Positions 52,248-64,000 of a stretch of 64,000 nt of DNA are shown here, piece after piece. The notes beneath the pieces were generated by a model. It was not told the origin of the DNA and did no database searches. It worked only from the letters and a program-made list of their open reading frames with translations. Both the position numbers and the translations under genes were made by a program. The stretch's first letter is position 1; every line of letters starts with the position of its first letter. The DNA is from Schmidtea nova. Lineage: Eukaryota. The DNA is taken from NCBI GenBank assembly GCA_044892505.1, contig CM097883.1, positions 257,300,001 to 257,364,000 on the forward strand. The letters are read 5' to 3'.

Positions 52248-55042
52248 CGTATTCCGACAATCCGCCAACACGACAATCCAGCAAGTACGACAATTCGCCA
52301 AACGACAATCCGCCAACACTAAAAAATTGGCCAACGCTGACATTTATAAAAAATATATTTGTAGGTCATCATATTAAAATTAATTCACATGTACTTGTTT
52401 AAAAGTTTTTTTTGTCCTTTGTAGTACCGTAAAATTTGAAAACAGTTAACTAAGCTAGAAAACTCAAGTCCTTTGTTGTGTATAGCTCAATGGTAAAATT
52501 TATCTAATCAATTTTTGAAGAAAAAGATGATTAAAAAACCCAACAGAATTTGTTTTTATTAAAATTATTTATTTTATACTTTAACATTTTTAAACACAAA
52601 TTAATGAAATGAAAAACAAAAAACTGTTTGTAAATATATTGACAAATTGTTAAAATCACGTTGCATGGATTATTACGATATAGTTCATCTAATAACTTAT
52701 TCTGACAAATGCATAAATCCAAAAACTTCCTGAACATAGGCAAGTTTGTCACCTCATTGAGAATAGTTTTGACACAAATGAATGACGTTTTCATTGGTCC
52801 ATATGTACTGAGTGCTTTGCTTTTTCTTGTATTTTCCAACATGTATTTCATGAAGTTTTAATCGCTCAGCTTGTTCCAAACTTGCAGTTTAGTCAAAAAT
52901 TTCCACATTGTTGGATTCTATTGGCCCATCATGACTCTGAAACCATTGTGACAACCCTATAAAGAATTGTTGGTTCGTGGAAGTTGCGACAATGTTCTGT
53001 TATACATATTCCACTTTTCGATTGGAAAGTTTGGTGCAGTTCTTCTATTTCCACTTCTCAGGCGACTAATGTAAAAGTCTTCAAAATAATCTGTAATTTT
53101 TCGGTAGTTTTCATCGATGTCAAAGGTAATTTGCTCAAATGTTTCAACAACATCATCAATTGGTATGAAGGCAAGAGCACACAACGACTTGATTAACTTT
53201 CGAAATGATTTTTTTTCGACGTATTCTGTTGCCAAACCTTTAGCTTGAACATTTCTCCACATCGATTGACACAGATGAAAGAAACAAAAAGACAGTTCGG
53301 TGTCTGGCAGGGCTTCTTCAATGGCATTAGACAGTCCAAGCTCAAAATCCACCATAAAAGATTTTGGTGAAAAATTAAGATTGGGTTGATCAGGCAAACA
53401 GTTTTTCACCAAAGTCATTAGACGATCATATGTACATCCCTTCTTGTTTGGGAGAAGCACATATAGCAGAGGCATGGAGACGCCCATTACAATCCCATGA
53501 ATTGTGAGTAATTGGAAGTAGAGAGAAGGGGCAACATTGAAAGTTCCATCAGCAAACAGGTGTAGAGCAGTAAACATTTGAATTAAAAATGCTTGGGTTG
53601 CAAATCCAACAATTCTCTGTGGATCTTCTTTTCCCGTATCAAATGCAATCCAGTTTGTGTCATCGTTGTTCTTCAGAAACCGTTCTGGAACATCAAAGTC
53701 ACGTGTCTTAGGAGGATTGTTGTTGATAGGGTCACGATGCCGTTGAATATCTCTGGCAATTGAGGAGGATTTTGGCAATTGAGGAGGATTTTGGCACTTG
53801 AGACAGACTTTCTTCGTCAAGAGTCCGCAATTCACTATAAAGCTCTTTCGTAGATTTTTCAGATGTTTGTGCTTTTTGTTTGATTTGACTCCTCAGTTTT
53901 TTAACACTTATAATTGCTGGTTCTGGTTGATGAGAATGATGACCACTTTCTACAAATTCTCCAGATGTAGTTACTCGTAGTCGACCAGTGCACTTTCTTG
54001 TATAATAAAGTTGACATTTGTGATAAAAAATTGATCTGCTCTTGTTAATGTTGTCACAATAAAAAATGTTCGAGTTGCAGATTGGCATCAGTTTTCCCAT
54101 GTCCGAAACCAGGGTATCTAAACCTGCAACTTCATAAAGAGATGCTGGAACATTCAGCTTAAAGTTTGTTTTTACGACATCTGGTTTTGGTGCCAAATTG
54201 GAATTTGGTTGTGTCGGTAAGACTCTGTTCAACATTTCTCCAGTGTCAGTTTCTTCTTTGGTTAAAGTGATCTCCAATATAGAACTGACATCTTCATTCA
54301 TTAACAAAGTTGGTGGTATCCTTTGGAGATCTTGGTCAACTTGTGCTGAATTTAAATGTACATCAACTTGATTGATTTCACTGGACTGGTCCATGTAACC
54401 TTGAGCTCCTTTTCCTTTCTTTTGTCGCTTTTTTGCCGGAGATTGTTTTGGACTAAAGATCATTTTTGGTTTTCTTGTACGCTTAAAGGGAAGCGTATTA
54501 TCCATCTTTTTTAAATGAAAATGTTTTTGAAAAAATTATGGTGTGAAAACAACGTCGGAATAAAACTTTTAAAACTTGGTGTCTGTTCCGGTTCACTGTT
54601 CAATTGTAAATGTAATATTAATTTAAAACTATAACATTGCAGAATTGTTTAATTAAGTTTAAGTAATTTTAATATTAACTCGCAAAATGTTAATTAATTA
54701 TTTGTTGCAATTAAATTGAAAATTAATATTTACCTCTCAGCCAGTTAAATTGTTTAAATATTTAATTAAAATTTTATATTAAACAATTACTAGTTGATTC
54801 TTATCTTTCAGCGGAGAATTTATTATTAAAATTTTAAAAATATAATAAATTTAAAATGTATGTATGTTAAAACAAAAATTTATCGACTTTTTGGCAGATT
54901 GTCGCTTTGGCGGATTGTCGCTTTGGTGGATTGTCGCTTTGTACTATTTGGCGGATTGTCATTTGGCGAATTGTCGTTTGGCGGATTGTCGCCAGCCTAT
55001 TAATGATTTGGCGATTGTCGATTGGCGGATTGTCGTACAACC
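52248..55042 (-). mobile_element. Mutator/MULE DNA transposon
   Basis: Both ends are built of inverted tandem (CGACAATCCGCCAA)n repeats, with MULE transposase inside and 9-bp flanking duplications (swapped with the second copy). Confidence 0.9.
52700..54505 (-). pseudogene. MULE transposase (FLYWCH-like finger + MULE DDE domain)
   Basis: KCQLYYTRKCTGRL...HHSH; LFADGTFNVAP..FQLLTIH; FMVDFELG; FCFFHLCQSMW; RTNNSL*GCHN. Frameshift from a 19-bp tandem duplication (~53754-53791) plus a TAG at 52957. The 3' end is approximate. Confidence 0.9.
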
Positions 55043-56500
55043 ATCTTTTCATTATAATGACTTTTGACATTTACTAACTAATGTTTAAGGTCATCTTGAC
55101 TTCTCTGTAATGCATAATTTATTTTTATATTTTATTATCAAATTATACTTATCAATATAATCGTGTAATTCAAGTAATTCACATCCTACTTTTGATTATT
55201 TTCTGATTAATTCATTTTGTAATTTAAGACTGTAATTTGTATCTTTTGAGTTTAATCTATTCTCATATTCGTGAATTATTCATTTATTAATTAATCTTTA
55301 ATAAATATCAAAATCATAGGTCATATATCAATCAAATTCTTTTAATATGAAATCTTCTGTTGACATCTTAATTTTCTTCTTATATATTTTCTTCTTATTA
55401 TTAATTTCTTTACTATTACCGCCTATGAATAATATTTTTATAATAATTGTTATTATTTTGTACCTGTTATAAGTAGGATGAAATGAGTGAACAATGACTC
55501 ATCGTTTTTTCAAAAAAAGTCCGAAATTAATTAGGTTGAGACATAATGTTGGTCAATGTCATTTAAACAAAGACAATTATAGACTATAATGTTGTGAGGT
55601 CACGGTGACTCATCATCTTTCGAAAATTTCTTTTTTTCAGTGACTCCCCCTAAAAAAGAAAATTTTACAAATTTTTTCTGTGACACCACTTCTATAGATC
55701 GAGAACCAATGTCTCAGAATATAAATTATAATAGGGACGTTGCTTTAGTCGGAAGTGGACCTTGAAGTATTTGTTAGTATTGCACTTGTATTGTATTTTT
55801 GTTATTTATTATTTGATAAATATTATTATTTGAAATTGACGTGGGTGTATTTATTTGTTAGTCATGCACATGTGTTGCACTTGGATTGAATTTTTGTTAT
55901 TTTATTATTATTATTTGAATTTAATGTGGGAATATGTATTTATTAGTCGTCTAGATGTGCTGTACATGTATTGCACTTGGATTACATTTTTAATATTTTA
56001 TAATTATAATTATTTGAAGTAAATGTAAGTGTATGTCTTTGTTAGAATTTCACATGTATTGAACAAGTATGTGTTTATTTGAAAATTTTAAGTTATTTTT
56101 AGAAAAAATATGAAGTTATTTTAAAAAGTTTAGTGAAAGCTATTGTCATTTAAGTATTTTTGTTAAAAGAAATATGATCAAGTAAAAATACTAGATAATA
56201 ATGAGCTTTAAAGACCAAAAACCATAACAAAGTGGGTACTGCTAGCAACGTTCTGTTAGGATGGTTCTACTTTAAAGGTTTAATTAATATATTTTAAGTC
56301 ATTTGACAATATATATTTTCAAAGTAGTATAAAGAGAAGCTATTGGTAAAATCTGTCCTTTCATCATTATCAACCAGTTATTTTGAAATTCAGTTTATTT
56401 CAAAATACTTTTTTATATTACTGTCAATTTTTATTGCTTTCAAACCAAAAAATAATCACGTACAAACAGTCATGTATATAGGCTAGTAAATGGTAAAATC

Positions 56501-57094
56501 GGTTGTACGACAATCCGCCAAACGACAATCCGCCAAATCATTAATAGGCTGGCGACAATCCGCCAAACGACAATTCGCCAAATGACAATCCGCCAAATAG
56601 TACAAAGCGACAATCCACCAAAGCGACAATCCGCCAAAGCGACAATCTGCCAAAAAGTCGATAAATTTTTGTTTTAACATACATACATTTTAAATTTATT
56701 ATATTTTTAAAATTTTAATAATAAATTCTCCGCTGAAAGATAAGAATCAACTAGTAATTGTTTAATATAAAATTTTAATTAAATATTTAAACAATTTAAC
56801 TGGCTGAGAAGTAAATATTAATTTTCAATTTAATTGCTAGCTTAGTTAACTGTTTTCAAATCTTACGGTACTACAAAGTACAAAAAGTAACTTTTAAACA
56901 AGTACATGTGAATTAATTTTAATATGATGACCTACAAATATTTTTTTTATAAATGTCAGCATTGGCCAATTTTTTAGTGTTGGCGGATTGTCGTATTGGC
57001 AGATTGTCTGTTGGCGGATTGTCATTTGGCGGATTGTCGTTTGGCGAATTGTCGTACTTGCTGGATTGTCGTGTTGGCGGATTGTCGGAATACG
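56501..57094 (+). mobile_element. Internally deleted (594 bp) inverted copy of the MULE element
   Basis: 56501-~56830 is the reverse complement of ~54705-55042, and ~56830-57094 is the reverse complement of 52248-~52460; no transposase. Confidence 0.9.
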
Positions 57095-57443
57095 TGAAAA
57101 GATATCTATTCGTCATGAAAAATATAAGAGTTTGAGGTTGACTAGTAGGCACTTAAGAGACCAGTTATCATTGTGGGAAAATGTAAAGATAAGTTATAAA
57201 AATACAATTTAAAAATCAAACATTAATATCACAGGGTAATAATAGGTGTCATAAAATAAATTAAAAAATAGTTATAGGATTAATAAATGCTACTCAAGAT
57301 CAAGAGAAACAATATGTAGTGCCTTAGATTAAATTTTCAATTTTATAAATTTCTTTTATTTTTTAAATTAATTAATTTAATTTAAGTAATTATTAAATGG
57401 AGTAAAATTAATAGATGTTGTTTTAATATTTACATATTTTCTT

Positions 57444-58480
57444 ATGCACGCCGATCACAAACAAAAAATGCAAACTGCTAACAATGATTCGATATACCCC
57501 GTTAACAATTCAACGACACTCAGCCAGTGTTTATTGATTGATAATTCACGACAGTTAACCCAAGACATTCACAGTGACTCGTTTTCATCAAATGACAACA
57601 ATTATCAGTGCTACTCTAGTGGAGATTGTGTAGTCGATATTCAAAGAAGAAGCAATTGCCAGTTCTGTAGATTGCAGAAGTGTTTCGCTGCTGGAATGTG
57701 TAAAGAAGCTGTACAAACTGGAAGATGCTTGTAAACAACTGGATCAATATCAATATACTATCCAGACAAATCTGAAATGTCTAACTCTAAAAATCTACAA
57801 ATCAATACATTGGATCACAATTAATCTCGATTAAAGGATTATTTGTCAGCACCAGAAATTAATCAATACGGACTGTCATGGAGCTTGATCATTTCAACTC
57901 TTGTTATCGTCGGTCAACATTTCCGGTTGCGAAAAACCGGCTTATCAATTAGCGATCAATTTCTATTAATAAAATCTAATTGGCTTTTAGTATTCCTACA
58001 CAATAATTTACTATATAAACAGAGCGAATTCTCAGTTAAATCACCCTAAAATGAAACCCCAGAAGAGTTGCAAATTCAGTAATTGGTTTTGTAACATAAA
58101 TTCTATCATACAAATCTATACGTCCGAGATCAGGAAATTGTATTAATTAACATATATATTTTAATATATATTTCAAAATAAATATATTGCAAAATATTTA
58201 TTTCAATATTTGTATATTACTACAGCATTTATTTTAAAAGACTAAAAAGAGGTTCAGCTGAAATTTGTGTTAGAATTTTAAAAATAGCGAACAAAGTCTT
58301 AAAAGAAAAAATAAAGAAATTGAAAATTATTTATTGTCAATTAAACACATAAAAATTTAATAAACAATTCCTATGGGTTGCAATCAATCTCTAAAGCATA
58401 AATTAATTTACTTTTTGCGATACTCCGGATTTGATTTTCAGTTTAAAAATGCAGCAACAAATTTATTAATTTTTGTTCAT
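57444..58480 (+). pseudogene. Nuclear receptor pseudogene (second zinc finger + LBD remnant), NR2-like T-box
   Basis: YQCYSSGDCVVDIQRRSNCQFCRLQKCFAAGMCKEAVQ. In the same frame: GLSISDQFLLIKSNW (LBD signature L..DQ..LL...W) and LYVRDQEIVLINIYIL (helix 8/9-like), interrupted by multiple TAA stops. Confidence 0.8.
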
Positions 58481-58625
58481 TTATTAGAAAGATTATTTTA
58501 ACTGTAATACAGCTTTTTCTTTCCGTTTAAGGTTAATTATAGTTAACTCGTAAATGAATAAATGGCCTTTTCGGAAAAAATAAATTTTTATTAAAAAATT
58601 CAAAATCAAAAAATTATAAAAAATA

Positions 58626-60399
58626 CACCTATCCCCCGTTTTACACGGAAGATAGGTTCCTGAAAAAACCTATGTTAATCGAAAAATTTAAATTTTATAA
58701 GGAAAACCGTGTTAAACGAAAACAATCACAGAAATACTTTTTTAGTCATTTATTGAGCAACAATCAAATTCAGTAAAACATAAAAATAGCAGTTTAATCG
58801 CATAAAATATTGACAATAATTCATTTAAATTTCAAAAACAAAAATGTAACATAAAAACAATAAGAAATTCACAGGAAAATAATATGAATGTATGTACTAC
58901 ATACTAACATATTGTCTTAATAAGACTTAATTTAACTTAAATCGCTTTCACTATCACTTTCAACAATAAGTCTTCTTTTTCGAATTTGTATAATATCACT
59001 GTCATGGTCATCACTGGATAGTATTTCTTTTTTTGTGGATAATGTAGTACTGCATCTGAATCAGCAGATGCTTGCTCGCCTTTTAATTTTATATTATGCA
59101 AAGAATGCCTTTGCTTAAATCTTTGGAACCAACCATGACTTGCGTTAAAAGGCACCTTATTCGAAGAAGTAGACGGTAACCGATTCTCAATTTTTTCATA
59201 AATTTTTAAAGCCTTACTTGTTATGGCGTTGGTATCAATTGGAATACGTTTTTGATATTGGTCTTCAAGCCAAATCATTAATGCCTTTTCCATAGTTTCT
59301 ATTGCAACATTTCTTACATGTGACGTTGTACTCATGCTCGTACACATTCCAGCTGCTACACTTTTTCTGATCGAGTCTTCATTGTTTCTAATCGTGCGTA
59401 TTGTAGCTTCATTCATTGAGTAAAATCTAGCAACATCTACTACTCTTTCGTTATTGCCTAACCGGTCCAAAATTCCGATTTTTGTTTCTAAGGAAATAAC
59501 TTTTCTTTTCATATCCTTCTTTTTTGTTTTGTCCTTTGCCATGGTAAAACTAAAATTTTAAATAAATCAGAAGAATGTTAAAAGAGATAATTTTTATATA
59601 CCGAATGGTTTTATACTTACTAATTTTAAGCGATTTTTTAAACTTTTTTTAATTAAATTTAATAACATAGCAAAGTTTAAAAATATTTAATTCATTATTT
59701 GTCTAAAATTAAAACTTTTGAAAGAAATCCATATTTATTATTATAAACATTGAAATTTTAAACCAAAAAGTATAAAATTTATTCTATTTATGCCTATACA
59801 TATTTTATTTTCATAAAAAAATAATTATTCCACAACGGATAATTTTAATAGTTTAAATAATAAAATTAAATATCCTTCATACTTTTAATAAAATGTTTCA
59901 ATCAACATAAAATTATTCGACCGTAGCATGTTGATAGCACTGGTTTCCATTCTATTATAAAAGTTAAGCAACATTTGTTAAGGTTAGAGCTAACATGGGT
60001 GACCACTTACAAAAAAAAATTTTTAAAAAATATAAACTGAATAATATTACGATTAATCCAAATGAACATAAAATAAATTTACTGAAGTTTCAAATTAACA
60101 CAAATTAGTTTAATTTTTGCTTTAAATTTATATGGTTTAAGTTTTAATCGAATTGGTTTAAAATTAATACATTTAAAATTTTATAAAAATGATAAAAATA
60201 TTTTAAACTTTGCGAAGTTTTATTTTAGAACCATTTTTGGAACAGTCATATATATACAGCCCTCAAAAGTTTTAAATTTATTCTAAAACTTTTTACCGTG
60301 TACAAGTAATATCAAGAGTTCTCTTTTCGATTTTTTTTTGTAAACCGTGTAAAATCGAAAACGTGTTAATCGAGCACCGTGTAAAGCGGGGGATAGGTG
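58626..60399 (-). mobile_element. pogo/Tigger deletion derivative
   Basis: 23-bp TIR CACCTATCCCCCGTTTTACACGG (1 mismatch), TA on both sides. Confidence 0.9.
58937..59542 (-). CDS. Truncated Tigger transposase: DNA-binding HTH domains only, no DDE
   Basis: KRKVISLETKIGILDRL...ATIRTIRNN; EKALMIWLEDQ; FNASHGWFQRFKQRHSL..IKLKGEQASAD, then unrelated tail. Confidence 0.8.
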   Translation of the reverse strand: MAKDKTKKKDMKRKVISLETKIGILDRLGNNERVVDVARFYSMNEATIRTIRNNEDSIRKSVAAGMCTSMSTTSHVRNVAIETMEKALMIWLEDQYQKRIPIDTNAITSKALKIYEKIENRLPSTSSNKVPFNASHGWFQRFKQRHSLHNIKLKGEQASADSDAVLHYPQKKKYYPVMTMTVILYKFEKEDLLLKVIVKAI

Positions 60400-61082
60400 T
60401 AGTGATAAATTGATAGTTTTAAAAAAAATTTTTATTACACAACTTGGCTAAAATAATCTTTTTGTGACTCGATTAATAATTTTGGATTATAGTTTGTGTG
60501 AGATATTGTTATGTCAAGTATATGACATGATTATAAAAGAATCTAACATAATAGCAGTTTGGCCTCAAAGGTAATTTGATATAACTACTATGCTAAATTA
60601 TTTTATTACATAAGAATATTTTTATGTTGTGTGTGTTGTGATTGCTCATAACATTAATTATTTAGATACTTCACAAGAAGAGTGTATCAGTTGTTAATAT
60701 AAATAAATCGTTGACGACTCAAACGCGTTCTGGTAACAATGTATTTCAAATACTTTTGCTTTTAATTTCTAAGAAGCTTTGGACAAAATTCTCCAAAATT
60801 CAGTTGCGTGCATATGACCATGCTTAATAAAGAAAAGGCCTCGAAAAAATTGGAAGCACAGACTCCATTTCAAACTGTTCGTTAAAACAATTGCCTATTA
60901 AGTTTTTAATTTTAGTCTTTCCATCATAAGTTTATGGCTGGAAAAACAAACAATAACTGAAAATGATACTTCATTTTTTCAAATTATTTGGTTTCATATA
61001 GACTCGATTGACCTCAGAAAAATTTCGGAAAATGTTGTGAAAAGAAAATTGATCATTCTGTGTGTGTATCATATATAGTGGG

Positions 61083-64000
61083 CAGTGGCGGATTTAGATT
61101 TTGGTGCGTGGGGGGCGACGAAAATTTTCAGGGGGCGCCACAAATTATGAAGATTGTACTACTCATTTTCCCGAGTACTGAGTGAATACTAATATTATTA
61201 TAAAGCATTAGATTCAGTAAATTTATTGATGTAACAAACCAACCAGTTTATTTATTAATTAAATTGCTTCCTGCGTGATTTCATTGAAGCAAAACGATTT
61301 ATAGTCGATTCAAAGTCAATGTTCTCAGCCAGTTCGCGTTCTATTGAAATTAATGCTAATCCAGACAGACGTTCGTTTGTCATTGTTGATCGCAAATAAT
61401 TTTTGATAATTTTCAGTCTACTGAAACTTCTTTCAGCAGTAGCAGATGTAACAGGAAGAGTCAAGTATATTTTATAGAGAATTACCAAATTGGGAAGTCC
61501 CGGCGCCATCTGTTTTTCAACCAAGAAAGGCAGCACCTCTTTAAGTTGTAGTTCACAAGATAGTAATGGGCGTATTGATGCATACACGTATTTGAAAGTA
61601 TCATATTCTAGGATTGCTTCTTCAATATTAATATCGTTTTTGTAAATGTTGCATTAATTTTGAAAAGATTCTTTATTTTCTTCTGATATTTGTGATGGAT
61701 CAAGACAGGAGAATAAAGCAACAGTGTTATGAAAATCATTAAAACGTTCATCTAGTTGTGTTACAAGTGTATCCAAGACAGTGAAATACGTTTCACATTT
61801 GAAACGTGTAGTTGGATCATCAACCCTTTCATCTCTGTTAAGTTCACCTGCCATGCGTTTCTTTTTTGCAACTCGCTTTTCTTTAAATTCTGTTTCAACA
61901 TCTGATGAAGAACAATTTTTGATAATAAATGATTTTACAGCAACATTTAGACTTTCAAAAGCTTTATCACTTCTCATATCAGCAAACTTATTTCTGGCAA
62001 CATAAATCAATTGTTTTGCAAACGCAATATCTATGTCCTTTCGTTGCAAATAGTTTGATAACACAAAGATATTATCTAACAGCTTTTGTAGAAATAGCAT
62101 CAGAAAAACAAAAGAATATTTTGTTATCAAAAAATAGATAGTCCCATAGCTTCTGCTCTGACACTTCCTTTGTGTTCTTTTGATTCCCCAAAATTTATAT
62201 CTTCTAGAGTAGATATAATAGCAGAGAATGATCCAACAACTGCATCAACTGCATGCTTTCGGCTTGCCCATCTTGTATCAGAAAGTCGTTTTAGAGTATC
62301 TACTGTCGATTTATATCGAGACTTCTGATGTTCTTCGAGAATATGTAGTCGTGGTAAACTTGATGTAAGGAAAGTATACAACTTTTCTGTTGTTCCAAAA
62401 AACAACTGAACATCACTGTTAAGAGACATTGCTTCAATAGTCACCAAATTCAATGCATGAGAACAACAGTGAACAAAGATGGCATTTGGTGAAAGTGTCT
62501 TTATCTTAGTTTGAAGACCATTTTTAATCCCAGACATCACAGAGGCACCATCATATGCCTGTCCTCTACAAAGTGTAAAGTTAATGTTTCGCTTTTGTAA
62601 CTCCGTTAATATTATATCAGAAAATGCTGCAGCATTACTGTTTTCCAACTTGTAGAAGCCTATAAATCGTTCAACAACTTGCCCTGATTTTAACACTAAT
62701 CTTAAAGAAACTGACATCTGATCAACTCTGGATATATCAATTGTTGAATCAACAATTAGAGAAAAGAATTGTGCAGACCTAACTTCATTATCAATATTTG
62801 CGGATAATTCAGAGGCAAGTGATTGAATTAGGTCATTTTGTACATTATGACATAAATAAAGTTCATTTTTCTTTTCAAACTTTAGATGATTGTCCAAAGT
62901 GGAATCATATTTAGCCAATAAAAATAGCAATTCTCGAAAATTTCCAATATAACTACTACTGTCAGAGCCAGAATGTTCTCTGTGTCCTCTGAATGGCAAA
63001 CCTTGTTTTGCTAAAAACAACGTTGCATCTACCTTGCGTTTCAAAATTTCTCTATTTTTTTCCACTTGATAACGCTCCTGACTGATCAAACCAGATATCA
63101 GTTTTATCATTTGAAATGCGATATTTAGCCAGCAAATATTGGCATATTGCACTTTGATGTTGATTGGAAGCTTCATGTTTAACGATTTTTTCCATGCATT
63201 TTTTCCAGTTATAAACTCCAAAATTTGGATCGGACCATTCCTTGCTATAATTTTCAGTTTTACAATCAGCGAATAACCAGCAAGCTTGGCAATGCATTTT
63301 TTGATTTGTTGGTGAATAGACAAGCCAATTTCTTTCCTCCTTCATACTACCTTTTCCAAAACATTTTGTGTACCAAGAAATTTGAAACTTGCGCCCCAAT
63401 TCATCTGTCGATAATTGAAATGGTTCATTGAGTCCAAGTTGACATGGTCCGATTTCAAACAATTTTCGTATCAGTTTCCCACTATTAGTGGGTCTAAATA
63501 GATACAAAGTAATACTATTTAGTCTAGATACGAAAGATTTTTTCAACGGGCTTTAAAAAGCACGCGGGATCTCAGGAGATTAACAATTATAATTGTTGAA
63601 GCAAGGATTGCAATATCTGTATTACGCTATGGGCAAATCAGGCAAATAGTTTAGTATTTCTTGAAATCAGTGCATTGAATTTGAATACTCATTTGAATAC
63701 TCATATCATATTTATAAGACATTAGTTTCCCATACATTGTACTAATTAAAATTGCATCAGTAGTCGAGAAGATTGATACTTGATATTTACTGTAAAAATT
63801 TTTAATTTTTAATAATTTTTTTATTTAAGGTACCCTTTATCCAAAGTATTGTAATGAATCGAAGAACAATATTAACTCTCACAATACTAAGAGAAAATAT
63901 TATAAATTGGAGCATTGTGGACAAAGATATTACATTTGTTCAACATGTCAATCATGTGAATCGATATCCTATACTGAATTTTATGATTGTCATAGTGAAC
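61083..64000 (-). mobile_element. hAT transposon (ZMYM1-like transposase type); other end not seen in the window
   Basis: Terminus CAGTGGCGGATTTAG at 61083 (nearly the same TIR as 2330-3888) with GC-rich subterminal motifs. Confidence 0.8.
61255..63546 (-). pseudogene. hAT transposase in four frameshifted fragments
   Basis: RNWLVYSPT..HCQACWLF; FLAKQGLPFRGH; FFSLIVDSTID; RGQAYDGASVMSG; FVHCCSHALNL; LKRLSDTRWASR; LTLPVTSATAERSFSRLKIIKNYLRSTM. Confidence 0.95.

Noticed and set aside
52478-52510. tRNA-like TAGCTCAATGGTA(A)AA
   Set aside because: Only an A-box-like fragment; no B box or cloverleaf.
52248-57094. CRISPR-like appearance of the CGACAATCCGCCAA arrays and their short Cys/Arg-rich ORFs
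   Set aside because: Tandem 14-15-bp units without unique spacers; they are MULE subterminal repeats in a eukaryote.
57444-58480. TAA-to-Gln code reassignment suggested by in-frame TAAs
   Set aside because: Other long ORFs lack TAA, use CAA freely and terminate at TAA; paralogous retroelement copies show stops arising by point mutation.
60710-60732. TTGACGACTCAAACGCGTT hammerhead-like fragment (also motifs near 17270 and 43090)
   Set aside because: Stem II, GAAA or stem I pairing missing.

Overview
Very AT-rich animal genomic scaffold (invertebrate-like; lineage not identifiable from sequence alone) with five N gaps, dominated by transposable elements. It holds three full-length but mutated, unusually compact (~3.7 kb) gag-PR-RT-RH-IN LTR retrotransposons with 5-bp TSDs. 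DNA transposons are two pogo/Tigger, three hAT, a Merlin-like MITE, a mariner/pogo-type MITE and a Mutator (MULE) element with an inverted deleted copy. A 9.1-kb Maverick/Polinton-type TIR element (6-bp TSD) carries orphan cargo, and there are Penelope-like remnants with minimal hammerhead ribozyme motifs. Host-type genes are one intact single-exon divergent class A GPCR and a decayed nuclear receptor. Most notable: (1) a ~100-nt recently mobile insertion that is essentially a U3-A8 variant hammerhead plus tail; (2) a conserved non-canonical primer-binding site (AGCTATCGCGG, no TGG) in all three LTR elements; (3) reciprocally swapped 9-bp TSDs recording a MULE-mediated 1.4-kb inversion. All alignments, folds and counts were done by eye; no database search was run.
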